The notes below the pieces were generated by a model that searched no databases, had not been told where the DNA came from, and saw nothing but the letters and a program-made list of their open reading frames with translations. A stretch of DNA of 64,000 bases from positions 248,001 through 312,000 of the forward strand of contig NIVC01000330.1 in assembly GCA_002269645.1 (NCBI GenBank), read 5' to 3'. A program made the position numbers and the translations under genes. Below, one piece after another: positions 52,805-64,000 of this stretch. The stretch's first letter is position 1. Each line of letters begins with the position of its first letter. This DNA comes from Macrostomum lignano. Lineage: Eukaryota.

Positions 52805-53348
52805 GATCAGACTGGCGCCCTATTGATTGATTGATCAGACTGGCGCCCTATTGATTGATTGATCAGACTGGCGCCCTATTGATTGATTGATCAGACTGGC
52901 GCCCTATTGATTGATTGATCAGACTGGCGCCCTATTGATTGATTGATCAGACTGGCGCCCTATTGATTGATTGATCAGACTGGCGCCCTATTGATTGATT
53001 GATCAGACTGGCGCCCTATTGATTGATTGATCAGACTGGCGCCCTATTGATTGATTGATCAGACTGGCGCCCTATTGATTGATTGATCAGACTGGCGCCC
53101 TATTGATTGATTGATCAGACTGGTGCCCTATTGATTGATTGATCAGACTGGCGCCCTATTGATTGATTGATTGATCAGACTGGCGCCCTATTGATTGATT
53201 GATCAGACTGGCGCCCTATTGATTGATTGATCAGACTGGTGCCCTATTGATTGATTGATCAGACTGGCGCCCTATTGATTGATTGATTGATCAGACTGGC
53301 GCCCTATTGATTGATTGATTGGTCAGACTGGCGCCCTATTGATTGATT
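52805..53348. repeat. 28-bp minisatellite (gatcagactggcgccctattgattgatt)
   Basis: About 19 copies. Confidence 0.95.
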
Positions 53349-54506
53349 GTTAGGTAGATTGATAAACTGATAAATTCGGTGCCCTGAAAATACTGCGAGT
53401 CTCTGCGCGCATCCCCATCTATATTTAAAACTCTTCAAATGGAGTTCAGAAAGTCCAAGCAGAGGTACAAAATTAGATCAAGAAGGGCTTAAGCAGCCGC
53501 ATCAGCTGCACACGAACATCCGGGATTCTCAAAAAGATAAATCCAATCCAGCTACTGATAGCCACCATCTGCTTGCCTCTCTCTCACCAGATGCGAGTGC
53601 CAACTCAAGATGATGGATAGAAGCTGACAGGTGATAAACAGGCTCTTGTTTCTTCAGAACAAAACTTTCTTAGAAGTTTTTGTTAGAAACAGCTCACAGA
53701 AAGTGCAAAACTGAAGGGGACATGCATACCCCCTAGCCAGAAACTTATTTTTTCACTCTCTTTATTCCATCCCTATTCCATCATTTATACGCCAAAAAGC
53801 CACCTGTCGAAAATCCCACACAGCCAGATGACGAATAAGGAGACCGGAGCCTCTCCTGTCAAATCCTGGGATAAAATCGCGGCAGAAAAGGACTTTACAC
53901 ACTGTACTTGATTCTGACTGGACTGGGATTCGCAAGCACAGATGCTGGATTGTAGGGCGGGGACAGTGATGAAGGAGGCAGCTGGAGATTTGCCGGTTGG
54001 AGAGGGATGGTAAAAGGGATTCCGTAGACTAGTGGTCCAGCGCGGCGCTTGAGAACCAACCCCCAAGGCACAGTGAAGTGTACATACCTAGCGATAAATA
54101 AAGTTAGGGCCGCTGTACACTCCTGTGTGAGTGTGTGCCTGCGCGTATGACTGCGTACGTGTCCGCGCGCTTGTGTGCCTGCTCATGGGAGTCGGCGAAA
54201 TGGGCAGCAATGCCTCTCGCCGGTAGTGCGACAATGTCGCTTAAAGTGCACCAAGGTGCCCCCTGCCTCAAAAAAGAGGGGTGGTTGAAGAGACTGAAGG
54301 GCGCTAGAAGGGAATGAAGGGCGCTAGAAGGGAATGAATGGCGCTAGAAGGGAATGAAGGGCGCTAGAAGGGAATGAATGGCGCCAGAAGGAACCAAAAG
54401 GCGAAGAAAGATAAAATAACTTTAGTAAGGAAAAGATGGGACATCAGTGAGAGATGGAGACGGATGCTGAATAGCATGAACCCCCCCCCCTTTACTCTCA
54501 TACCAG

Positions 54507-54935
54507 CTGGCTGGAGCCGTGGCCGCCTCCTCGCCAACGGAAGCGGAAGAGGAGCTCCGGCGCCAGGAGGCGGCCTGCTCAGTCCAGACTGTCCGATCGG
54601 CGGCGTTCCGCTTGCTGGCCGCGCTGGACGGCGGCTCCGCCTCGTCGTCTCGGCGGCGATTCTGCCCGGCCGCATTCGACGGATTCGCCTGCTGGCCGCG
54701 CACCCCGGCGGGAGCCGAGGCCCGCGTGCCCTGCCCGACGCCTGTCTTCGAGAGCGGCGGCTTCGCCTGGCGTCGCTGCCAGCCAGACGGCCGTTGGGAA
54801 TTCCCGGCCTCGGCTGCATCGCCGGCGGTGGCTTCGGCGTTGCGTAACTCGACAGCGTCAATGGTGATTGGCAGCTCGTATAGCAACTACAGCGCCTGCC
54901 GGTCAAAGGAATCGTTCGATTATTTGGCTAAACGG
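54507..54935 (+). CDS. Class B1 GPCR, hormone-receptor ectodomain exon A (EAAC...FCPAAFDGFACWPRTPAG...VPCP...GFAWRRCQPDGRW...SNYSAC...DYLAKR)
   Basis: All six HRM cysteines plus the FD, CWP and GxW motifs. Acceptor ctctcataccag, donor gtgcgt; 429 nt, phase 0-0. Confidence 0.88.
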
Positions 54936-54964
54936 GTGCGTCTTTCTTCCAAGTTGCGGCTTGC

Positions 54965-55940
54965 GCTTCTCGCACTCGGATTCTTTGAATTCGCACTCAG
55001 ATTCTTGGAATTCACACTCGGATTCTTTGAATTCGCACTCGGATTCTTTGAATTCGCACTCGGATTCTTGGAATTCGCACTCAGATTCTTTGAATTCGCA
55101 CTCAGATTCTTGGAATTCACACTCGGATTCTTTGAATTCGCACTCGGATTCTTTGAATTCGCACTCGGATTCTTTGAATTCGCACTCGGATTCTTTGAAT
55201 TCGCACTCAGATTCTTTGAATTCACACTCGGATTATTTGAATTCGCACTCAGATTCTTGGAATTCACACTCGGATTCTTGGAATTCGCACTCGGATTCTT
55301 TGAATTCGCACTCAGATTCTTGGAATTCGCACTCGGATTCTTGGAATTCGCACTCGGATTCTTGGAATTCGCACTCGGATTCTTTGAATTCGCACTCAGA
55401 TTCTTGGAATTCGCACTCGGATTCTTGGAATTCGCACTCGGATTCTTTGAATTCGCACTCAGATTCTTGGAATTCGCACTCGGATTCTTTGAATTCGCAC
55501 TCGGATTCTTGGAATTCGCACTCGGATTCTTTGAATTCGCACTCAGATTCTTGGAATTCGCACTCGGATTCTTTGAATTCGCACTCAGATTCTTTGAATT
55601 CGCACTCAGATTCTTGGAATTCGCACTCGGATTCTTTGAATTCGCACTCAAATTCTTGGAATTCGCACTCGGATTCTTGGAATTCGCACTCGGATTCTTG
55701 GAATTCGCACTCGGATTCTTGGAATTCGCACTCGGATTCTTTGAATTCGCACTCAGATTCTTGGAATTCGCACTCGGATTCTTGGAATTCGCACTCGGAT
55801 TCTTTGAATTCGCACTCAGATTCTTGGAATTCGCACTCGGATTCTTGGAATTCGCACTCGGATTCTTGGAATTCGCACTCGGATTCTTTGAATTCGCACT
55901 CGGATTCTTGGAATTCGCACGCGGATTCTTGGAATTCTCA
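54965..55940. repeat. 21-bp minisatellite (gaattcgcactcggattcttK), intronic
   Basis: About 46 copies, starting ~30 nt after the exon A donor. Confidence 0.95.
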
Positions 55941-55959
55941 CTTGGATTCCTAGAGTGGC

Positions 55960-56810
55960 CCACTCTGATCTCTGTGGGTTGCACTCTGATCCCTGTGAGT
56001 TGCACTCTGATCCCTATGGATTGCACTCTGATCCCTGTGGGTTGCACTCTGATCCCTATGGATTGCACTCTGATTCCTGTGGTTGCACTCTGATTCCTGT
56101 GGTTGCACTCTGATCCCTGTGGGTTGCACTCTGATCCCTGGGGGTTGCACTCTGATCCCTGGGGGTTGCACTCTGATCTCTATGGATTGCACTCTAATCC
56201 CTATGGATTGCACTCTGATCTCTATGGATTGCACTCTGATCCCTATGGATTGCACTCTAATCCCTATGGATTGCACTCTGATCTCTATGGATTGCACTCT
56301 GATCCCTATGGATTGCACTCTGATCCCTGTGGTTGCACTCTGATATCCCTATGGATTGCACTCTGATCCCTATGGGTTGCACTCTGATCAATATGAGTTG
56401 AACTCTGATCCCTGGGGGTTGCACTCTGATCCCTGTGGGTTGCACTCTGATCCCTATGAATTGCACTCTGATCCCTATGGATTGCACTCTGATTTCTATG
56501 GATTGCACTCTTATTCCTATGGGTTGCACTCTGATCCCTGGGGGTTGCACTCTGATCCCTGTGGGTTGCACTCTGATCCCTATGAATTGCACTCTGATCC
56601 CTATGAATTGCACTCTGATCCCTATGAATTGCACTCTGATCCCTATGGATTGCACTCTGATTTCTATGGATTGCACTCTTATTCCTATGGGTTGCACTCT
56701 GATCCCTGGGGGTTGCACTCTGATCAATATGGGTTGCACTCTGATCCCTGGGGGTTGCACTCTGATCCCTATGGATTGCACTCTGATCTTTATGGATTGC
56801 ACTCTGATTA
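55960..56810. repeat. ~21-bp minisatellite (gcactctgatccctatggatt), adjacent to and related to the previous array
   Basis: About 40 copies sharing the gcactc core. Confidence 0.93.
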
Positions 56811-58734
56811 ATAGAACTAGCACTGCGTAGTGTGAGGTTGCTATGAGAGTTAATTTTTTAACTAGCAGGTATGAAAAGCACTAATGAATATTGCTACTCT
56901 TGATAGGACTAGATTAGCAATCAAAGTAGTCCCAAATCCGCAACACGCAAATCCAATCCGAAAATCCCAGTGAGCCATAGTGTTCCCATAATCTCTCGAG
57001 ACTAATCGTTAGAGAATGGAACTTGGTCCCGCACTGACTGACTGCGCTGGCCACAGCCACTTGTTGACTTTGGAAAACTCCAGAGAGCTGATGAGAGTTC
57101 TCTGTCGGAGAGAGAGGAAGTTTTTTTGATTAAGAGCTCCGACCGTTGTGTTTGCATTATGCCACCTGTTTAGGCAGAGAGCCGATTTCCCCTTTCTATT
57201 CGTCTCTCCTGTTTTTAAAGCCGCTCAAAGGCAGAGCTCAGGTGAAGGTATCGAATTGATACTTCCTATCTAGTGGCTCTTTAGTTTGCAGCTATAGCCA
57301 CCCCCCTTCCCAAGGGGGTGCAATCAATAAATATTCACACGAGAGCTGCGGGCAACCCTCTAGTATCTCTGGTTTTTTAGCAGCGAGACCGCACCCCTAA
57401 CTGCAGCACCAGCTGGAGAGCAACTAGGCAGAGTGCGTCCGACCCTCGCCTGACCACGATCAGAAAGTCAGGACAAGCTGTACACCTCTCGATAGCCAGA
57501 ACTTTCTCCTGCAGAAACTACTGACCTTTCCTGCTGTCTGCATCGTGAAAGAAAGCTCAGCCTCCCTGCCCTGTTCTCTGAGCGGCTGTTTCTGTACGCT
57601 CGTCTACTATATGCCTACGGCGAGAATCGCGATAATTTTGCCTTTGATCTTCTCCAACTGCTAATATCAGAATTCTCTTCCCCATCCTCAATCTGTTTCT
57701 ATGCGAGTTCCTTCATAAACGACTTCTTTTCCTTTGCAAGTGTTTGGCACATGCGAGTGCCCGGGCGAACAGAATCCTGATGAAGCAGCGATGGCCGAAG
57801 CCCCCTACCCCAGGCAGACACCCGCTGCACCTCTTCAGCACACCGAATTTAAGCCAGGCCAAACAGAGCCTTGTCAAGAAATTGATGCAGCGAAAGAATT
57901 TCTGCTTCCCATCTTCCAGTCCGCACCGTTTCCTTCTACGCAATTCAAATTTCTTCCCAAAAGACCTTTCTTGCTCTTCGTTGCGGCTTAGCATTTGCCT
58001 GACCAGTTTGCCGAGCAAATACCTGATGGGCCTCTGGTGGGCCTCTCTCGCTTCCCTCTGCTTCACGTCAATCGACAAATAGCCCTCCCCCAGCCTCCCC
58101 GCCTCTCCATCATCCTAGTCTCTCCTACCTCTACACCGCACGGTTTAGGCTGGTTGCTCCGGTCTCTTCTTCTCAACTGAGTCTCCGCACCCGTCAGACA
58201 GGCAAAAACCTGAGGCAGATGGGTAGGCTTGTGCCAACCTGTCTGCTCCAAAGGATTGCTGCTTCTTTGCAAGGATGGATGGCTGATAGACAGAGCTTTC
58301 CCCTAGAGTGGAAAAGGAAGCAAAACATTTGGACGCTGAGCAGAATTTGAGTGCCAGTCGGGTAGGGAAGGGCAATGCAAGCAGACAGATGACAAATGGG
58401 CCACCTGGTTACTTAATATTCTTCGCTCAGAGAAGCCTAGAAAAAGTTCATCTTAACGGAATTTTGCAGAGTCAAGCTATGATATTGTTTTTTAATTATA
58501 CAGCTGCGAACGTGTAGGTGTCCGTGGATAAATACTCGTATTGGCCACGAGAGTCAAGGCCGCTGTGTGAGCGTGTGTCGTTGTATCCATATGCGTTTGC
58601 CCAGATTTCTTGCTCCATTGCAAACACACTGACTGACTGCTAAAGATAATTAATCCCATGCTGTTTAAAATAAATGAACACTTTCAAGGCTTCTATGACG
58701 GATTTTTTCACCAGCTGAACCTCCCAAATTCCAG

Positions 58735-59070
58735 CTGCAAGTGACCAAGGTGTCCAAGATGCTGCAGTACAAGCGCTTGGAGCTGGAGAACCGCACCTGT
58801 CAGGCCCTGATTGAAGACGCCATGGCCGCCAATGCCACCGGCTGTCTGCCAACCTTCGACAACGCCATCTGTTGGCCTGGAGTTCCCGCTGGCACTCGAG
58901 TGTACATGTCCTGTCCCGACTATGTCAACGAGCTCAACAGGCGGGGCTTCGCCTGGCGGCGTTGCCTTGGCAATGGCAGCTGGCACCGACCGGCTGGCAA
59001 GCCCGGCCGCGGAGAGGGCTGGACCAATTTCACCGCCTGCTCAGTGAGCGACCCGCCCAGCACTGCACTG
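58735..59070 (+). CDS. Class B1 GPCR, hormone-receptor ectodomain exon B (ENRTC...GCLPTFDNAICWPGVPAG...SCPDYVNELNRRGFAWRRCLGNGSW...WTNFTAC...STAL)
   Basis: Six HRM cysteines; the CPDY...G.A.RRC..NGSW...W.N...C pattern recalls PTH-receptor-like ectodomains. Phase-0 acceptor at 58735 (an in-frame phase-1 acceptor also exists at 58715); donor gtgagc. Confidence 0.9.
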
Positions 59071-59089
59071 GTGAGCGGCTGGGCCGGGC

Positions 59090-59500
59090 TTGGGGCTGCT
59101 AATTACCGTGCCCGACTCTGGTGTAGGCTGAGGTGGGGCTGCTAATTACCGTGCCCGACTCTGGTGTAGGCTGAGGTGGGGCTGCTAATTACCGTGCCCG
59201 ACTCTGGTGTAGGCTGAGGTGGGGCTGCTAATTACCGTGCCCGAATCAGGTGCAGGCTGAGATGGGGCTGCTAATTACCGTGCCCGAATCAGGTGTAGGC
59301 TGGGGTGGGGCTGCTAATTATCGTGCCTGAATCAGGTGTAGGCTGGGGTGGGGCTGCTAATTATCGTGCCCGAATCAGGTGTAGGCTGAGGTGGGGCTGC
59401 TAATTATCGTGCCGAAATCAGATGAGGGCTGAGGTGGGGCTGCTAATTACCGTGCCTGAATCAGATGCAGGCTGAGGTGGGGCTTCTAATTACCGTGCCC
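59090..59500. repeat. 43-bp minisatellite, intronic
   Basis: About 9-10 copies of gctgctaattaccgtgcccg...aggctgaggtggg. Confidence 0.93.
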
Positions 59501-59596
59501 AACCTGAAGCATACTTTTGTGCCTCAGGTAGGCAAGCCCTGTTCAACTTTAATCAATTTTGTTCAACTTCTTCATTCCTACACTGCCATCGAGTAG

Positions 59597-59685
59597 CTCA
59601 GGGTGATTCACAGCATCGGTCACATTGGCTACGGCATCTCCCTAGTGTTTCTGCTATTGGCAATCAGCATCTTGGCCTGTTTCAG
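59597..59685 (+). CDS. Class B1 GPCR, TM1 exon (LRVIHSIGHIGYGISLVFLLLAISILACF)
   Basis: GYxxSL TM1 motif; phase 0 to 2; donor gtgagc. Confidence 0.9.
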
Positions 59686-59799
59686 GTGAGCTGGCAACTA
59701 TAAACTGTACCCTTTTTAATCCTTTCTGACGCCGGTGCCCAGGGACGCGTCCTGTGGCGCTGTTTCTATAAGACCTGACAGCGTACTTTTTGACAGCGC

Positions 59800-60346
59800 A
59801 GTCTAAATCATACAGCCAGTGTGACTCACGCAGTCTAAATCATACAGCCAGTGTGACTCACGCAGTCTAAATCATACAGCCAGTGTGACTCACGCAGTCT
59901 AAATCATACAGCCAGTGTGACTCACACAGTCTAAATCATACAGCCAGTGTGACTCACACAGTCTAAATCATACAGCCAGTGTGACTCATGAAGTCTAAAT
60001 CATACAGCCAGTGTGACTCACGCAGTCTAAATCATACAGCCAGTGTGACTCATGCAGTCTCACTCATACAGCCAGTGTGACTCACGCAGTCCCACTCATA
60101 CAGCCAGTGTGACTCACGCAGTCTGACTCATACAGCCAGTGTGACTCACGCAGTCTCACTCATACAGCCAGTGTGACTCACGCAGTCCCACTCATACAGC
60201 CAGTGTGACTCACGCAGTCTGACTCATACAGCCAGTGTGACTCACGCAGTCTCACTCATACAGCCAGTGTGACTCACGCAGTCTCACTCATACAGCCAGT
60301 GTGACTCACGCAGTCTCATTCATACAGCCAGTGTGACTCACGCAGT
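59800..60346. repeat. 32-bp minisatellite (gtgtgactcacgcagtctMaMtcatacagcca), intronic
   Basis: About 17 copies ending ~18 nt before the TM2 exon. Confidence 0.95.
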
Positions 60347-60364
60347 CGGCTTCACAATTTTCAG

Positions 60365-60470
60365 ACGCCTGCACTGCCAAAAGAACTTCATTCACATCAA
60401 TCTGTTTCTGGCATTCTCGCTCAAGGCGGTCAGCCATTTCTTAAATTATTTCGCTTCAGTTGAGAACATG
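60365..60470 (+). CDS. Class B1 GPCR, ICL1-TM2 exon (RLHCQKNFIHINLFLAFSLKAVSHFLNYFASVENM)
   Basis: Family signature RRLHCxxNxIHxNLF; phase 2 to 0; donor gtgagt. Confidence 0.93.
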
Positions 60471-60548
60471 GTGAGTAGTGTGTGAGTTTAAACAAAGCTT
60501 AGTTTATTGGTGAAGAAGTCGTTAACCTGTCAAACCTTACACTGACAG

Positions 60549-60708
60549 GTTGTCATCTGCCGCTCTCATCAGACCCTGCTAACCTACAGTGTCATCGCAA
60601 GCTTCACCTGGGTATTCGTGGAGGCCCTGCACCTGTACATGCTGATCTTTGTGAACACCATGTCCGGGTCGAAGATGTCCACGCCTTTTTACATGCTGAT
60701 TGGATGGG
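60549..60708 (+). CDS. Class B1 GPCR, TM3-ICL2-TM4 exon (VVICRSHQTLLTYSVIASFTWVFVEALHLYMLIFV...FYMLIGW)
   Basis: ECL1/TM3 Cys, W..VE.L.LY and IGWG motifs; follows a 78-nt intron; phase 0 to 1. Confidence 0.93.
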
Positions 60709-60767
60709 GTGAGCTTCAGGACCGATTGGCTTAACTGGAACTTTTGCCAGCAATTTTCATTGAGATT

Positions 60768-61217
<450 letters not shown>

Positions 61218-61519
61218 CTTTGTTTGACAAAGCTTGAAAGCAACAAATTTTTGATCAGCAGATGGGCTCTGCCTGATGAAAGCTGTTCCATTTGAACGTT
61301 TGAAATATTCAAAAGGGCTCAACAAATTCATAAGCTGGTTGTCAAAGTCTTGATGCCGGGCTGGAAGCTGTGTAAAATCAGGGAGATGCTCAGTGGAGAA
61401 AAGGGGCGGAGAGAGGGAGACACAAAGACACAGACTGAGGATAAGACGACCTGAACGATAAGATCATCTACAGAACGTCTCTCTAGCTAGGACATCTGAA
61501 TATTGAATTTTTGCTGTCA

Positions 61520-62095
61520 GTCAGAGGGAGACAGAGGGGGACACAGACAGACAGAGACAGACAGAGACAGACAGAGACAGTCAGAGGGAGACAGACACAG
61601 ACAGAGGGAGACAGACACAGACAGAGGGAGACAGACACAGACAGAGGGAGACAGACACAGACAGAGGGAGACAGACACAGACAGAGGGAGACAGACACAG
61701 ACAGAGGGAGACAGACACAGACAGAGGGAGACAGACACAGACAGAGGGAGACAGACACAGACAGAGGGAGACAGACACAGACAGAGGGAGACAGACACAG
61801 ACAGAGGGAGACAGACACAGACAGAGGGAGACAGACACAGACAGAGGGAGACAGACACAGACAGAGGGAGACAGACACAGACAGAGGGAGACAGACACAG
61901 ACAGAGGGAGACAGACACAGACAGAGGGAGACAGACACAGACAGGGGGAGACAGACACAGACAGAGGGAGACAGACACAGACAGAGGGAGACAGACACAG
62001 ACAGAGGGAGACAGACACAGACAGAGGGAGACAGACACAGACAGTGGGAGACAGACACAGACAGAGGGAGACAGACACATACAGAGGGAGACAGA
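61520..62095. repeat. 20-bp repeat (gacagagggagacagacaca)
   Basis: About 28 copies. Confidence 0.95.
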
Positions 62096-62497
62096 AAGTG
62101 AGCAGGAGCAGAGGTGGTGAGTGGGAGAGGAACAGGAGAGCTCGTTAAGAACGCAGGATGAGAGGAGAGAGGTTACCTTGTATAGTGGTCAATTACGAGG
62201 TCAAATTAGGTGAGTAATTTCGATACACTCAGAGAGTAGCACATTACACCCAAGCTACAAATTCCCTCTGCAGCAAGATACGAGCTGAGTGAATTTATTG
62301 ACTCCGCTAAAACGCTCGGACAGAAACACTTTGAACCCTCAATAAAAGCCTGTTCCATGCAGTGTCTCCTGTGTGCCAGTCAATCTGGTTAGAAACTGAC
62401 GCATCTCCGATGCTACGAGCTAAATTATTGATTTCCTGAAACATTTAGCAGATTGCAAGATTAGAAAGTTTCCTTTCGACAGAATTTTATTACAGTT

Positions 62498-62528
<31 letters not shown>

Positions 62529-62719
62529 TCTGTCTTTAATTCCTTGGAGACAAGCGAAATTAAGCAGCTTTTATTGCGATGTCCATTAGGCCGAAGCTCG
62601 AATGAATTTTGACTGGGAGAAAAAGAAGTGACAGTCTAAAATCTAGAAATAAAATTCGTACCTTAAGCCAACTAAAATAGAACTGAGTTCAATAGCATTC
62701 AACCTGCCCGCCGCCTCAG

Positions 62720-62853
62720 GCGCTCCATGCCTCTTCACCGGCATCTGGGTGGCGCTGCGGCTCCGGCTGGACAATCGGGAGTGCTGGCGCAAGTACATGC
62801 CGATGGGCGCTGACATCTGGCTGGTGAACGTCTACCTCTGCCTGCTCGTGTTC
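62720..62853 (+). CDS. Class B1 GPCR, TM4-ECL2-TM5 exon (GAPCLFTGIWVALRLRLDNRECWRKYMPMGADIWLVNVYLCLLVF)
   Basis: Completes the GWGxP motif across the junction; ECL2 CW; phase 1 to 0; donor gtgagt. Confidence 0.92.
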
Positions 62854-62879
62854 GTGAGTGCCCGGCTGCTGATGAGGGT

Positions 62880-62881
62880 CG

Positions 62882-62925
<44 letters not shown>

Positions 62926-62968
62926 GGCAGACAGACAGACAGACAGGCAGACAGACAGACAGACAGAC

Positions 62969-63009
<41 letters not shown>

Positions 63010-63010
63010 C
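62880..63010. repeat. (GACA)n microsatellite
   Basis: Direct reading. Confidence 0.95.
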
Positions 63011-63331
63011 ATTGATAGAAAATGGTAAACTGTAATAAAGTACTAAAGTTCCCATGTACTAACGGTTCGCTTAGGTGAGGTGAGCACTAATTAATTAGAA
63101 AATCTGATTAAATAAATCTACTAATCTGATAGAGATTGACAAGCTCAAAACCTTCCTTACACTGACATTTTCGAATTACTTTTCAACAGAAAAAGATCTG
63201 ACAACTTTTAAAAAAATCGCAACTTGCCTCAGCAAAGTGTAATCCTTCGCGCGAGATGTTTCTACCTGTTTAGCTCGTGCAGCGCCCCGGACACCATCTG
63301 CAGATTCAATTCAATGTTCAATCTCCCGCAG

Positions 63332-63423
63332 GTGAACGCCGGCCTGTTCGCCCGAATAGTTCGCGAGCTGTTTGTTAAAATGAGGAACCAACCGCTGAGC
63401 AGCGCTGCGACGCAGAATTATCG
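63332..63423 (+). CDS. Class B1 GPCR, TM5-ICL3 exon (VNAGLFARIVRELFVKMRNQPLSSAATQNY); TM6-7 lie beyond the window
   Basis: N...F.RIVR.L..K.R motif; acceptor tctcccgcag, donor gtgaga; phase 0 to 2. Confidence 0.92.
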
Positions 63424-63594
63424 GTGAGAAGCCCAGCCTCTGCGTTTGCGACATCATTCAATTCTTAGAATTTGATTGAAAATTCCCCATCACTTTGCAC
63501 TTTCGATGACAATTTGAAGTCAGTTTGTGTTTATTTTCTTTTCAAGATGTTCTCACAAGTTTTTCGATTTTCGATCTTGAAAAATACTGCTGTA

Positions 63595-63985
63595 CAGAGT
63601 GACAGAGTCACGGAGTGACAAAGTGACGGAGAGACAGAGTGACGGAGTGACGGAGTGACGGAGAGACAGAGTGACGGAGTGACGGGGTGACAAAGTGATG
63701 GAGAGACAGAGTGACGGAGTGACGGAGTGACGAAGTGACGGAGTGATCGAGTGACAGGGAGACAAAGTGATGGAGAGACAGAGTGAGAGTGACAGAGTGA
63801 CAGAGGGACAGAGTGATAGAGTGATGGAGTGACAAAGTGATGGAGAGACAGAATGAGAGTGACAGAGTGACAGAGTGACAGAGTGATGGAGTGACAAAGT
63901 GATGGAGAGACAGAGTGACAGTGACAGAGGGACAAAAAGATAGAGTGACAGTAATGGAGTGACAGAGCAACATAGTGACGGAGTC
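63595..63985. repeat. Degenerate (gtgacgga/gtgacaga) repeat
   Basis: Direct reading. Confidence 0.85.
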
Positions 63986-64000
63986 CTTCGAACTGTCTCA

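Overview
Eukaryotic, intron-rich animal genomic DNA; roughly half is tandem repeat, with more than 30 distinct micro- and minisatellite arrays. GC-rich exons, short ~65-80 nt introns beside minisatellite-filled ones and this repeat density resemble a free-living flatworm such as Macrostomum (inference only). Most long ORFs in the supplied track are repeat read-throughs. The genes I can support were reconstructed by manual splicing. (1) A divergent GPI-anchored ephrin-like gene, + strand, five coding exons at 8495-27881; its signal-peptide exon was not found. (2) An orphan Pro/Gln-rich ORF, + strand, 31855-33318. (3) Inositol polyphosphate multikinase (IPMK), - strand, 40477-41800, downstream of a perfect RFX X-box palindrome. 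(4) A class B1 (secretin-family) GPCR, + strand, 54507 to beyond the window end. The standout observation is that this GPCR has two complete, divergent six-cysteine hormone-binding ectodomain exons ahead of one shared 7TM core. Their splice phases allow mutually exclusive ectodomain swapping or a tandem double-ectodomain receptor. No prokaryotic features and no CRISPR array are supported.
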